Shown: one piece after another, positions 8,232-17,322 of the stretch
Layout of the letters: each line of letters starts with the position of its first letter
Numbering within the stretch: the first letter of the stretch is position 1
Assembly: GCA_048938295.1 (NCBI GenBank)
Contig: JBHLMI010000020.1
Location: 11,796-43,795 of the forward strand
DNA: 32,000 nt
Source of the DNA: Promethearchaeota archaeon
GTDB taxonomy: Archaea; Asgardarchaeota; Hermodarchaeia; Hermodarchaeales; Hermodarchaeaceae
Direction of reading: 5' to 3'
Notes under the pieces: generated by a model
What the model was told of the DNA's origin: nothing
The model's input: the letters and a program-made list of their open reading frames with translations, nothing else
Databases searched by the model: none
Made by a program: the position numbers and the translations under genes

Positions 8232-9149
8232 TTAGCCAATAGGCCAGTAGATGTCTTCTGATGCCGTTGTTGCTTCAGCAAGATCACGCATTAAGGTCAT
8301 GAGGGTGAAGATGTCATAGTTGATACCTTCCCCGATTGTGGCAAATCGTTGGGATTCATTCACGAATGCTGTTTCGGGACGCCAATCAGAAGGCCAAGAA
8401 GGAACTGTTTCGAATTGAATGATGGTTTGCTTTACACCATCAGCATATGTGATGATTAGGGGGACAGTTGGGAGCCGTAGGAGATAGCTCTCAGGCCGTA
8501 GGATATCGTCGATGCCGCTCCGCACGACTTGAATGGGAGGAAAGAAGCGTTTTCCCACCTCTCGTTCTATGGGAAATGGGATGAGCTGTTCAAGAGTGGT
8601 TACATCACGTGGGCTCAAGGAGCGCGTTTCCAAGGATTCACGAAGTAGTACAGATGCGGTAATAAGATCATTAGGTTTGGTAGCATGAGTTGGAAGGGTC
8701 GGTGCAGGCCCACGGGATGCGTTGAAGGCACCCTGTGGATTGAACCCTTCCGGGGTGATACCTGGATGAGTAGGATTGAGGGTCAACCATAAGGCAAATG
8801 GCAAGATGGGAGGCTGATTTGTGAAAATCGTGAGTTTAAGCTTATTGGAGAAAGGTCTTGTAAGATATAGGGTGTTAAAAGGTTCTGTTGAAGAGAGAGG
8901 GACAACTAACGTATAACCACCAAAATCAATAGGCGCAGGTGTTTTTCCCCGCATCTCCAAATCAACCGCAGCTTCAGAGTAGGATTTGATGCGTTCCAAA
9001 GCTTTAGGCATTAGGAGAAGATGGGGAGGTTCTTTAGTGTAGGGTTTGAGTTGTTCGAGGAAGGAGGAGAGTAATTGATTATGCTGATCTGTAGCTACAC
9101 GGTCTAAGAGTGTGAATAACGCTGGCTCTTGTTTCCGTAGACTTTCCAT
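8232..9149 (-). CDS. Hypothetical protein (305 aa) with a Pro/Thr-rich middle segment
   Basis: Long ORF starting 38 nt after the aor stop on the same strand; no family recognised. Confidence 0.7.
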   Translation of the reverse strand: MESLRKQEPALFTLLDRVATDQHNQLLSSFLEQLKPYTKEPPHLLLMPKALERIKSYSEAAVDLEMRGKTPAPIDFGGYTLVVPLSSTEPFNTLYLTRPFSNKLKLTIFTNQPPILPFALWLTLNPTHPGITPEGFNPQGAFNASRGPAPTLPTHATKPNDLITASVLLRESLETRSLSPRDVTTLEQLIPFPIEREVGKRFFPPIQVVRSGIDDILRPESYLLRLPTVPLIITYADGVKQTIIQFETVPSWPSDWRPETAFVNESQRFATIGEGINYDIFTLMTLMRDLAEATTASEDIYWPIG

Positions 9150-9187
9150 AGTTTCATCCTACTTGGATTCGCAGGAATCCTTTCTTC

Positions 9188-11023
9188 TCATAAATCATCG
9201 AGTCCGACTTTTTTAAGGGCAGCGGCTGAAGGGTGACCCGTCTTCCGGTCCCAGTCTCGGTAGGCATAGTAGTCATTTAGTTGCTTTTCAATGTCAGGAA
9301 CCATACCATGTGTGCCACCATTGGGAAGGGGCTGAAGCAGAAGTGTGGGAAGCCGGTCATCTTCGGGTGTGAATCCGAGATTAAGGTTGATGAGCCTTTT
9401 CAACGTGATAATCCGGTCTCCAATATGAAGCAGTTCTTGGGGAGTCGTTTTGCGACCAATAACAAGACTATAGAACTGGGCAATCTCAGCCACTGGGAAA
9501 GTAGGGAATTGACAGATGATTAGAGAGTTGGACACTTGGCGCCAGCTTTGTGACTTGGCGGCGATTTCGCCCATGCCTTCATCGGTTTGAGGGTCATCAG
9601 CATCGATTCCCAGCTCCATTTGGACCTGTCCTTGGAGAACCATATACATATCGCCGTCAAGATGGGTACCTCCCCGTGGACTAGTCGCATAGCTAGTCGC
9701 CATACCAAAAAGTGCACGGGGATCCCAACAGGATACTTCAAGACCCTTGACATGGACGGCTAGGTCTTCGGCATCATAGCGTTCTCCCATTGAGCGTACA
9801 CCTTCAGCGAGTATGTCACCAAAACCTTCCCGATGAGCGATCTGCTGGATTAGGTTGATAACTGGACCAGGGTTGCCCCATTCGAGGAGCATCCCCACCT
9901 CTTTGGGTGTCAACTTATCTTGGTTCATGAGGTAGTGGGCAAACCCGATAGAGTTTCCTGTGCTAATCGTGTCTAGACCCAAGTCATCACAGAGATGGCT
10001 CATTGTTAATACAGCATCGAGATTATCGATAAGTAGCATAGAGCCTAGTGCTGCTAGTGTTTCGTACTCGGGTCCAGATACTCGCGGAAGTTTATATTCC
10101 CCATCTGGTACTTCAACAACGCGACCACATTGAATGGGGCACCGGTGGCAGCCATCACGACCTACAAGCCGTGTTTCAGACAGGGTGGCTCCGCTAATGT
10201 TGTCATGAGTGGGAAATTCACCTTGAGTGAAGTATTTGTTAGGCATTGAACCGATTTCTTGCGAAGGACCTACTGCAGTTGCTGTGCCCATCATACGATA
10301 GCAGTCGGGCATGAAATCTTCTATCATGATTTTGTTTGCTGATCGGGCTAGTTCTACAAGTGCATCATGATTTGCCACAGGAACAGGTTGATCACCGACA
10401 ACTGCCACGGCTTTGAGGTATTTACTTCCCATTACAGCGCCAAGACCCATGCGTCCGGCGGCTCTCCCACCTTCAGACATTATGTTTGCGTATTTGACGA
10501 GGTTTTCGCCTGCAGGGCCAATACTAAGGGTGAAGAAGCGTTTTTCATCGATATCTTCGCGCAGCAGTTGTTGCGTTGCAGAAATGGTCTGAGACCAAAG
10601 GTGTTCTGCACTGTGGATTTCCGCATTACCATAAAGGAGTGAAAGATAGAGGGGCTTTTCTGCTCGTCCTTGAATGAGAATTCCATCATATCCTGCTTGT
10701 CGCATTTCAGCACCAAAATATCCTCCTATATCCGATTCGCCCCATAACTGAGTTAACGGTGAACGGGCACAAAGTGCCATGCGGCCAGAACTGGGCACGG
10801 CGGTTCCAACACAGGGTCCGGCCATCAACAGCATAGGGTTATTAGGACCCAATGGTTCCGTTTCCTTTGATAAGAGAGGATAAAGTATTCGAGCTGCAAG
10901 TCCAGCACCCCCAATGAACTGATCAGCCCAATCTAGTGGTGTGGGTGCATCTTTCAAGAGTCCTTTCGTTAAATCGACATGGAGCATTTTTCCGGTGAAG
11001 CCATTTCCGTTCTTCTTTGACAT
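9188..11023 (-). CDS. aor: Tungsten-type aldehyde:ferredoxin oxidoreductase family protein
   Basis: IGGAGLAARIL, RSPLT, GPAGENLVKYANI, GRAAGRMGLGAVMGSKYLKAV, GCHRCPIQCG, GPEYET, CDDLGLDTIS, VKGLE, RGGTH, P.....LKKVGL. Confidence 0.95.
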   Translation of the reverse strand: MSKKNGNGFTGKMLHVDLTKGLLKDAPTPLDWADQFIGGAGLAARILYPLLSKETEPLGPNNPMLLMAGPCVGTAVPSSGRMALCARSPLTQLWGESDIGGYFGAEMRQAGYDGILIQGRAEKPLYLSLLYGNAEIHSAEHLWSQTISATQQLLREDIDEKRFFTLSIGPAGENLVKYANIMSEGGRAAGRMGLGAVMGSKYLKAVAVVGDQPVPVANHDALVELARSANKIMIEDFMPDCYRMMGTATAVGPSQEIGSMPNKYFTQGEFPTHDNISGATLSETRLVGRDGCHRCPIQCGRVVEVPDGEYKLPRVSGPEYETLAALGSMLLIDNLDAVLTMSHLCDDLGLDTISTGNSIGFAHYLMNQDKLTPKEVGMLLEWGNPGPVINLIQQIAHREGFGDILAEGVRSMGERYDAEDLAVHVKGLEVSCWDPRALFGMATSYATSPRGGTHLDGDMYMVLQGQVQMELGIDADDPQTDEGMGEIAAKSQSWRQVSNSLIICQFPTFPVAEIAQFYSLVIGRKTTPQELLHIGDRIITLKRLINLNLGFTPEDDRLPTLLLQPLPNGGTHGMVPDIEKQLNDYYAYRDWDRKTGHPSAAALKKVGLDDL

Positions 11024-11064
11024 TGGATTCCTTCCTAGAATTTGGGGTGAAGTGATATGTACAG

Positions 11065-12237
11065 TTAGAAATCTATGGACTTGCCTTCAAACATATAGTG
11101 CCAGAATCGTTCAATATCCTCGTTTGTCGGTTCGCGACAATTGAATATATTGACGGCTGATTCTTGGGTAAATCGGACTAAGTCATCAAAATGGCTCTCA
11201 AATTTCTCCTTTGATATCCCGTAGGCTTTGAGGCTGCGTGGAACTTCGAGTTCATCCATTATCTTCCACACCGCATCACGAAGTTTTAGGGTTGCTTTTG
11301 TGTCATCGTCCTTTGAATCAGCCACGCCGATTGCCCGGGCGAGTTCACCATACAAATCAGCACTCGTTTTTAGGGCAAACTCGATGGAGTAGGGCAGCAC
11401 TATTCCTACGGTGAGTCCATGGGGCATTTTGAAGATGGCACCCATAGCATGTCCAAAGGAATGTGTGATGCCTAAGAATGAGTTACTCCACGCTAATCCG
11501 CTGATGGTAGCAGCATTATGCAGTTTTTCACGGGCTTCGGTGTCATCCGGGTTTTCAAACACTTTGGGTAAATACTCCATAATCATTCGCGCGGAATGGA
11601 TACATAAGGCGTTGCTAAAGTCATTCCGCCATTGAACAGTATAGCCATCGATGGCCTGACCCAGCGCATCCATACCTGAAGAGGCAATCACTTTTGGTGG
11701 CAACGATTTTGTAAGCGAGGGGTCTAGAATTGAGATATAGGGAATCAACTCAGGGTGGGTTAGTTCCATCTTATTACCATCTTTGGTATCTGTAATAACG
11801 GCAGCCCAAGTCGCATCGGCACCTGTACCAGATGTCGTTGGGATGGCAACAAGCATCGTTTTTGAAATGGTAATCGGTGTGAGTGGAGTTATGTCAATAA
11901 TCGGATGATCTGGATGTTCGTTCAGAATCCTAGAAACTTTTGCGACATCCATCGCTGAACCCCCACCTAAACCAATGATGATATCAGGATCAAATGCCCG
12001 AACTTGCCTCGCACATGCCTGAGCCACTGTGTCAGGAGGTTCGGAGGTAATATCATCAAAAAAGGAAACTTCTTTTCCGCTATCTTTCAGCTTTTGCAAA
12101 ATCCTGTCCAGTACGCCTAATTTTGAAAGGGTCTTATCTGTGACAACAAATACCCGTTGCCCTTCGAGCTCCTTGAGATGATCCAGTGCATCTTCACCAA
12201 AGACGATAAGCCGTGGAGACCGGAAATACCACATCAC
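11065..12237 (-). CDS. Iron-containing (group III) alcohol dehydrogenase
   Basis: GLGGGSAMD, IPTTSGTGA, GMDALGQAID, GITHSFGHAMG...PHG metal/NAD motifs. Confidence 0.93.
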   Translation of the reverse strand: MMWYFRSPRLIVFGEDALDHLKELEGQRVFVVTDKTLSKLGVLDRILQKLKDSGKEVSFFDDITSEPPDTVAQACARQVRAFDPDIIIGLGGGSAMDVAKVSRILNEHPDHPIIDITPLTPITISKTMLVAIPTTSGTGADATWAAVITDTKDGNKMELTHPELIPYISILDPSLTKSLPPKVIASSGMDALGQAIDGYTVQWRNDFSNALCIHSARMIMEYLPKVFENPDDTEAREKLHNAATISGLAWSNSFLGITHSFGHAMGAIFKMPHGLTVGIVLPYSIEFALKTSADLYGELARAIGVADSKDDDTKATLKLRDAVWKIMDELEVPRSLKAYGISKEKFESHFDDLVRFTQESAVNIFNCREPTNEDIERFWHYMFEGKSIDF

Positions 12238-12272
12238 TTACAACCTCTTTCGTTTCTTGAAAAAATCATGAA

Positions 12273-12324
12273 GTAAATCCTTCAAGATTTACATCCACTT
12301 CTATGTTCCACTAAAAAAGTGGAT
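12273..12324. promoter_or_regulatory. Cluster of inverted repeats upstream of adh
   Basis: GTAAATC-N6-GATTTAC (12273-12292). ATCCACTT (12293-12300) or TCCACT (12307-12312) can pair with (A)AGTGGA(T) (12317-12324). Confidence 0.4.
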
Positions 12325-12363
12325 AGGATAAGGGAGTGAGCAGACCGCGAGGGTGATTTTAGA

Positions 12364-12771
12364 TTAAAATTCTGTTTTAATCATTTGTGCTGTTCTAACA
12401 AGTTCTTTTGCAGCTCGTGTTGCCCGCATGACTTTAGCACGATCACCAGTCAGTTTCATCTTCCGTGTGAGTAAGGCTTTAATTGGATCTAGCCGGCCTT
12501 CGATGATATCCTGCCAGTTCGCAAGTTCACCTTCATAAATGAAAGCAGTTTCTTTTACATCCCGGTTCGCTAACATAGCATGATCGCGGCATTTCCCGTG
12601 CCACAAATCCATCCACATCACCACTTCCTCATCAAAGCCAGCTTCTTTGTTAGGCCACACTATGAAGAGGAAGTCGCCCTCCCACGTTTCAGCTGCTTCA
12701 GCATATGCCTTATTTTCGTTGAGGATTTTAACAAATTGTTCTATCCATTCAGGGGTACCAAATTGCACCAT
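12364..12771 (-). CDS. SCP2 sterol/lipid-binding domain protein
   Basis: FGTPEW..., W..II.G.LDP..A...RKMKL.GD...VMR, typical of stand-alone SCP2. Confidence 0.88.
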   Translation of the reverse strand: MVQFGTPEWIEQFVKILNENKAYAEAAETWEGDFLFIVWPNKEAGFDEEVVMWMDLWHGKCRDHAMLANRDVKETAFIYEGELANWQDIIEGRLDPIKALLTRKMKLTGDRAKVMRATRAAKELVRTAQMIKTEF

Positions 12772-12904
12772 CTATCTTCACCGGATTGTCCCAAGACTTG
12801 ATGAGCATTTAGCAAAGTGTATGTTTAAAATCTGGGCTTTGTTCGAATAACTCGACCCGAATGGATTAATACTAAGTGAAAAGGATGTTTTCAAAGTAAG
12901 TGAT

Positions 12905-13690
12905 GTGATAAAAATGGCAAAACATACAATTATCCAAATATCCGATCTACACGTGGGAGAATCTGGATACCGAAAAGACATGATTGTTTCTGCTGTTGAC
13001 GAAATTAACAAGATGAACCCCAACCTTGTAATGGTATGTGGTGACCTCACCTGGAATGGGGTCCGTGAACAATTTATTGAAGCCCGTGATATTCTCCAGA
13101 ATATCGAAGCACCTATAATACACACGATGGGTAATCATGATGCCTCTAATGTAGGATACATGACCTTCGAAGAACTCTTCGGTCCACGATTCGCTGAATA
13201 CAAAGACGATACCATATTCCTCATGGCAGCAGACAGTTCCGAACCTGACCTAGATACAGGTCATATAGGGCGTGAGGGTAGATCCTGCATTGACAAAAGC
13301 TTCTCAAGCGTCGATGAGGGCCTTTTAAAGGTGTTTGCGTTACACCATCATCTTGTTCCAGTACCTCGTTCAGGTCGAGAGCGGGATAATATGGTGGATT
13401 CGGGGGATATGTTGGAGTTATTAATGCACAAGGGTGTTGGTTTGGTGCTAAGTGGCCACCGTCATTATCCGTGGGTGTGGCGTCTGGAGAACATGGTGTT
13501 AGTGTACTCAGGGACTTCTGGAAGTCCTCGACTTCGTGGAAGTCCTTGTCAAAATTATAACATCATCACGATTGGAAAGAGCACACTGGAAATTTCCACT
13601 AAACTCATCGGTGGTCCTGGTCGACGGCGTGGACGCTATCGATGGGGTAAACGCGGTATCACCTCGCGAAGTGATCGTTCTGAAGAATGA
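12905..13690 (+). CDS. Calcineurin-like metallophosphoesterase (CpdA/Icc-like)
   Basis: SDLH, CGDL, GNHD, LHHH and SGHRH motifs. Confidence 0.9.
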   Translation: MIKMAKHTIIQISDLHVGESGYRKDMIVSAVDEINKMNPNLVMVCGDLTWNGVREQFIEARDILQNIEAPIIHTMGNHDASNVGYMTFEELFGPRFAEYKDDTIFLMAADSSEPDLDTGHIGREGRSCIDKSFSSVDEGLLKVFALHHHLVPVPRSGRERDNMVDSGDMLELLMHKGVGLVLSGHRHYPWVWRLENMVLVYSGTSGSPRLRGSPCQNYNIITIGKSTLEISTKLIGGPGRRRGRYRWGKRGITSRSDRSEE

Positions 13691-13743
13691 GTGAAGCTAG
13701 AGATGGTGGACTTTTCTAATGTCGCGGAATTCAATGACCTGAA

Positions 13744-14736
13744 CTAAAGATTCTTGATTTCTTCGAGAAGCCTTGGGTCGATATTACTTCCGCTAGCAAT
13801 GATGGCCACGGTTTCACCTTTGTGGAGTAAAACTCGTTTTTCTAAGATAGCCGCAATTCCAACAACACCAGCGGGTTCAAGGATTTGCTGTTCATGATCG
13901 ATCGTCCAGCGTATCGCTGGACGCAGACCATTTTCTTCGACGAGGACAATCTCGTCCACATATTGGAGTGCAATATCAAGGTTAAGCTGGTTAGTATTTC
14001 CTGCTAAGCCGTCAGCAATGGTAGATTCGATGGGCACATGAAAGAGTTGTTGCGCCCTGTAGTTCTCGTAAAACGCCCGAGCGGCTGTGGTTTGCACACC
14101 AATCACACGAATTTGAGGATCGATGTTTTTAGCCCATAACGAAATACCGGAGATTAAGCCCCCTCCACCAATTGGTACAATAACCACATTCACATCTGGG
14201 AGATCTTCAAGGAGCTCAACACCAACAGTTCCCTGTCCTGCAATGACGAGTGGATCAGCATAAGCATGAACGAGGGTTAATTTATTTCGTTGAGCATACT
14301 GCACACTATAGGCTGCGGCTTCATCGTAGTTGCTACCATGTTCAAGAATGGTTGCCCCATATCGTTTGCACTTTTTTAATTTCAATGGCGACGCATTATG
14401 AGGAACCACAACTGTTGCTGAGACATTGCGGTGTTGGGCAGCATAGGCTACTGCAAGCGCATGATTACCAGTAGAGGCTGTAATCACCCCTCGCTGTGCC
14501 GTCTCCTCAGGGAGCGAGGCAATCTTGTTGTAGGCACCCCGGAGCTTGAATACCCCCGTGTGCTGTTGGCACTCCCACTTCACAAACACTTTAGCCCCTG
14601 CTATCTCCTCTAGATTCGGAGAAGGAGATACGGGGGTATGTGAGATGAGGCCATCCAAACGTTTACGAGCCTGGAGAATCAGCCGTGGAGTCACAGGAAG
14701 TGAAAGAGGTCTAGACGGATTCATGATACCCTGCAC
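13744..14736 (-). CDS. PLP-dependent serine/threonine dehydratase/racemase family (fold type II, no ACT domain)
   Basis: KWE..Q.TGVFKLRGA, ASTGNH, AGQGTVG.E, PIGGGGLISG, EPAG, SGSN. Confidence 0.9.
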   Translation of the reverse strand: MQGIMNPSRPLSLPVTPRLILQARKRLDGLISHTPVSPSPNLEEIAGAKVFVKWECQQHTGVFKLRGAYNKIASLPEETAQRGVITASTGNHALAVAYAAQHRNVSATVVVPHNASPLKLKKCKRYGATILEHGSNYDEAAAYSVQYAQRNKLTLVHAYADPLVIAGQGTVGVELLEDLPDVNVVIVPIGGGGLISGISLWAKNIDPQIRVIGVQTTAARAFYENYRAQQLFHVPIESTIADGLAGNTNQLNLDIALQYVDEIVLVEENGLRPAIRWTIDHEQQILEPAGVVGIAAILEKRVLLHKGETVAIIASGSNIDPRLLEEIKNL

Positions 14737-14810
14737 CTAGTAATCATGGATATTAACTGGGTTAGATAATGATTTCTCAGCAAGAATTTTCTATTCCTCC
14801 TAAGTTACGA

Positions 14811-14824
14811 GTTTTTATAAGTCT
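14811..14824 (+). promoter_or_regulatory. TATA box of the multi-zinc-finger gene
   Basis: TTTTATAA at 14813-14820, 30 nt before the GTG start, consistent with a short leader. Confidence 0.6.
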
Positions 14825-14850
14825 GCATTTTCGTTAATGGGACTAAGAGC

Positions 14851-15336
14851 GTGATCTATATGTCCCGAGATGAAATTCAACAGAAACTCCACTGTCGACG
14901 TTGTGGTCGACCGCGCATTGTTAATCGAGTTAGCAAACCCAATCCGAATACAATCAAACTCTACATGATCTGCCCAGTGCACACTGCTGAGGTCGTCTAT
15001 TCAATGCCAGAAAACCGCTACGAGGAGGCCAGCGACCTAATCCGAGAACACGTCCTTCTATGCAAGAAGTGTGGACAACCCGTTGATATCGTTGGCCAAC
15101 GAGCAGGCAGTCTTTCAACAAATCTCAGCATCCAGTGCCCCGAACACGGCAGCGGTGAACGAATGATCAACAACTCGCTCCTTGACCCAATCCTCGCAGC
15201 AGTCCCAGCGAAACCAGCACCTTATGAAGTAAAGGCAACTGCTGGTGCTACAACAAAATTCTGTGCTAGCTGTGGTTCACCAGTCCCAACAGCTGAAGCC
15301 CGATTTTGTCACCACTGTGGCGCTTCACTTGAGTAG
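14851..15336 (+). CDS. Multi-zinc-finger protein: two CxxCG...CPxH repeats plus a C-terminal double zinc ribbon
   Basis: CRRCG...CPVH; CKKCG...CPEH; FCASCG...FCHHCGASL. Confidence 0.8.
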   Translation: MIYMSRDEIQQKLHCRRCGRPRIVNRVSKPNPNTIKLYMICPVHTAEVVYSMPENRYEEASDLIREHVLLCKKCGQPVDIVGQRAGSLSTNLSIQCPEHGSGERMINNSLLDPILAAVPAKPAPYEVKATAGATTKFCASCGSPVPTAEARFCHHCGASLE

Positions 15337-15384
15337 ATCTCTAATAAGAGGTCCTAGCGTCGGACAGAAGAGCGCATACTAGGT

Positions 15385-16218
15385 TTAGCCTTTCGGGGGA
15401 TACACCTTTCTAGCTGAGGTGAGGTATCCGGTGTGCCCAATCATCCGAGTGGCGGGTCGAGTTTTTCCTGGACGAACGAGAATTTCCCGTTCAATGAGTT
15501 CACGTGTCATGATTTCGGTAAAGTGAGAAGCATAGATCGCGTCTACTGTGCGTTGGGTTTGCTCAATGGTCGGTGAAAACGATACTATGACTCCACCTCC
15601 ATGCAACGCCTCATAGGCCAGTGGTACTACGTCCCATGGCACCGCCATATCGAGCACCACGGCATCAACTTCGGTTTCATGTATGCCCGCCAGAATATCC
15701 TGTTGTTTGATGGTAACGATATCACCAAGACCGATTTTCACGATGTTCTTTTGCGCCTCCTTTGCGAAATCCTCTCGGAGTTCATAGGAAATCACACGCC
15801 CTGCTGGAGCAACGTGATGACCAAGGAGGGAGGTAAGTGCCCCACTGCCGGTACCCGCTTCGAGCACCACTGAACCGGGGCCAATCCCCGCTAACAATAT
15901 AATAAGTCCAGCATCTTTGGGATACACAATATTAGTTTGCCGCCCCATCTTCACAGCCTGATCCCGGGGGAGTGGGTTCAATGCAGCAACGTGAACCCCA
16001 AGAGAGGTCTTAATTAAGCTCCCAAAAGGTTGACCGATTACTTCATCAAATTTTAGAATGCCTCTGTGAAGGTGAAATGATTTTCCTGCTTCTACCCGGA
16101 GCAGCCAATGTCGTCGAGTATCTAAAAAAAAGAGCACTTGGTCACCGTCAAGTATTGGAGTCAAAGTGTTCACCAACGTGCCTAGCCCCTCGCACCTTTT
16201 CAGGTTTCTGTCCACCAT
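15385..16218 (-). CDS. trmI: tRNA (adenine-57/58-N1)-methyltransferase
   Basis: IVYPKDAGLI, VLEAGTGSGALT, DAVVLDM..PW, HTGYLTSARK; the true start may lie a little downstream. Confidence 0.95.
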   Translation of the reverse strand: MVDRNLKRCEGLGTLVNTLTPILDGDQVLFFLDTRRHWLLRVEAGKSFHLHRGILKFDEVIGQPFGSLIKTSLGVHVAALNPLPRDQAVKMGRQTNIVYPKDAGLIILLAGIGPGSVVLEAGTGSGALTSLLGHHVAPAGRVISYELREDFAKEAQKNIVKIGLGDIVTIKQQDILAGIHETEVDAVVLDMAVPWDVVPLAYEALHGGGVIVSFSPTIEQTQRTVDAIYASHFTEIMTRELIEREILVRPGKTRPATRMIGHTGYLTSARKVYPPKG

Positions 16219-16309
16219 TCAATATGCCGAAAGAATTCGAAATCTGAAGAAAATGAGAGGAAACAGTTAAGGGCATTCTTCGTAATGTCTGAGAACAGGA
16301 GGAAGCACA

Positions 16310-17299
16310 GTGGCAACACAGCCAATTGAAACCATGACAGCTCTTAAGTGCCAATCCTGCAACGCCCCCCTCGCAGTTTCTCCCGATGATGTCGTCATCA
16401 CCTGTGGTTACTGTGGTTTTACAGTTACCGTTGAGGGAGAGAAGGTAGAGAATCACTTTACCTTGGAGCCCACACTGACGGCGGATGAAATCCGCGATAT
16501 GGTTACTGAGTGGGTGGGTCGAGGTGGTAAAGCCCGAGTGACAGAATCACATCTGCGATTTGTTCCCTTTTGGGTGGAATCGATGCATGCGTATACCTCA
16601 TATCAGGGGTATAAGGAGCACCGCGAAACCGAATACTACACTGACTCACAAGGGAAACGGCGTTCACGAACTAAAATCGAATATGAACCCATCCAGGGCC
16701 AATTCGACGAGAATCGTTCAGTGAATGTCTTGTGTCGACGAGGCGCTACCTTCTACAGTCTTGGCGAATTGGATAAGGCACTAAACGTGACTAAGAGGGG
16801 AATCCAACCTTTTGATTACAATGCAATCACAGCCGTGGAAGAAAAGCCCCTCTTTTTGAATAGCGAACTCACCGACGATGATGCCTACGAGATTGCTGAA
16901 ACATTTATTTCCCAGGATCATCGCAGCCGCGCTGATTCCCGGGCCACAAAGATCTGGGACTGCAACAGCCGGATCAACAAGACCGGCTCATACCTATTGC
17001 ATGTCCCGCATTGGCTTGTCCGCTACCAATTTGGTACTGAAACGTATCGTGTTGGTATCGACGGACATACGAAGAAAATCCTGAAAGGTGAAGTACCCAT
17101 TTCTGCAAGCTATCGGGCTACTATGTTCGTGTTAAGCCTCATAGGAGTGCTCATTGGAACCATCGGCACCTACTTTGCTGCGCTACTACTCGCACCAGAC
17201 TATTCGTTCTTATCCTTGGTGCTAGTCGTTATTGGACTAGCAATTGGTGTCCTAGCGACCCGGAATAGCTTCAAGATACATGCAGAAAAACGAGGGTGA
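16310..17299 (+). CDS. Zn-ribbon protein with two C-terminal TM helices (YdjG-like), copy 1
   Basis: CQSCNA...TCGYCG; VPFW; YYTDSQGKRRSRT; VPHW..RY....Y.V.IDG.T..I..GEVP; two TM helices; GTG start with SD AGGAGG. Confidence 0.75.
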   Translation: MATQPIETMTALKCQSCNAPLAVSPDDVVITCGYCGFTVTVEGEKVENHFTLEPTLTADEIRDMVTEWVGRGGKARVTESHLRFVPFWVESMHAYTSYQGYKEHRETEYYTDSQGKRRSRTKIEYEPIQGQFDENRSVNVLCRRGATFYSLGELDKALNVTKRGIQPFDYNAITAVEEKPLFLNSELTDDDAYEIAETFISQDHRSRADSRATKIWDCNSRINKTGSYLLHVPHWLVRYQFGTETYRVGIDGHTKKILKGEVPISASYRATMFVLSLIGVLIGTIGTYFAALLLAPDYSFLSLVLVVIGLAIGVLATRNSFKIHAEKRG

Positions 17300-17322
17300 C
17301 TGAGGAAAAACGGTGAAAAGAA

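Noticed and set aside
13600-13690. Arg-rich tail of the metallophosphoesterase as an RNA-binding add-on or frameshift
   Set aside because: No slippery site or better alternative frame is evident; too short to interpret.
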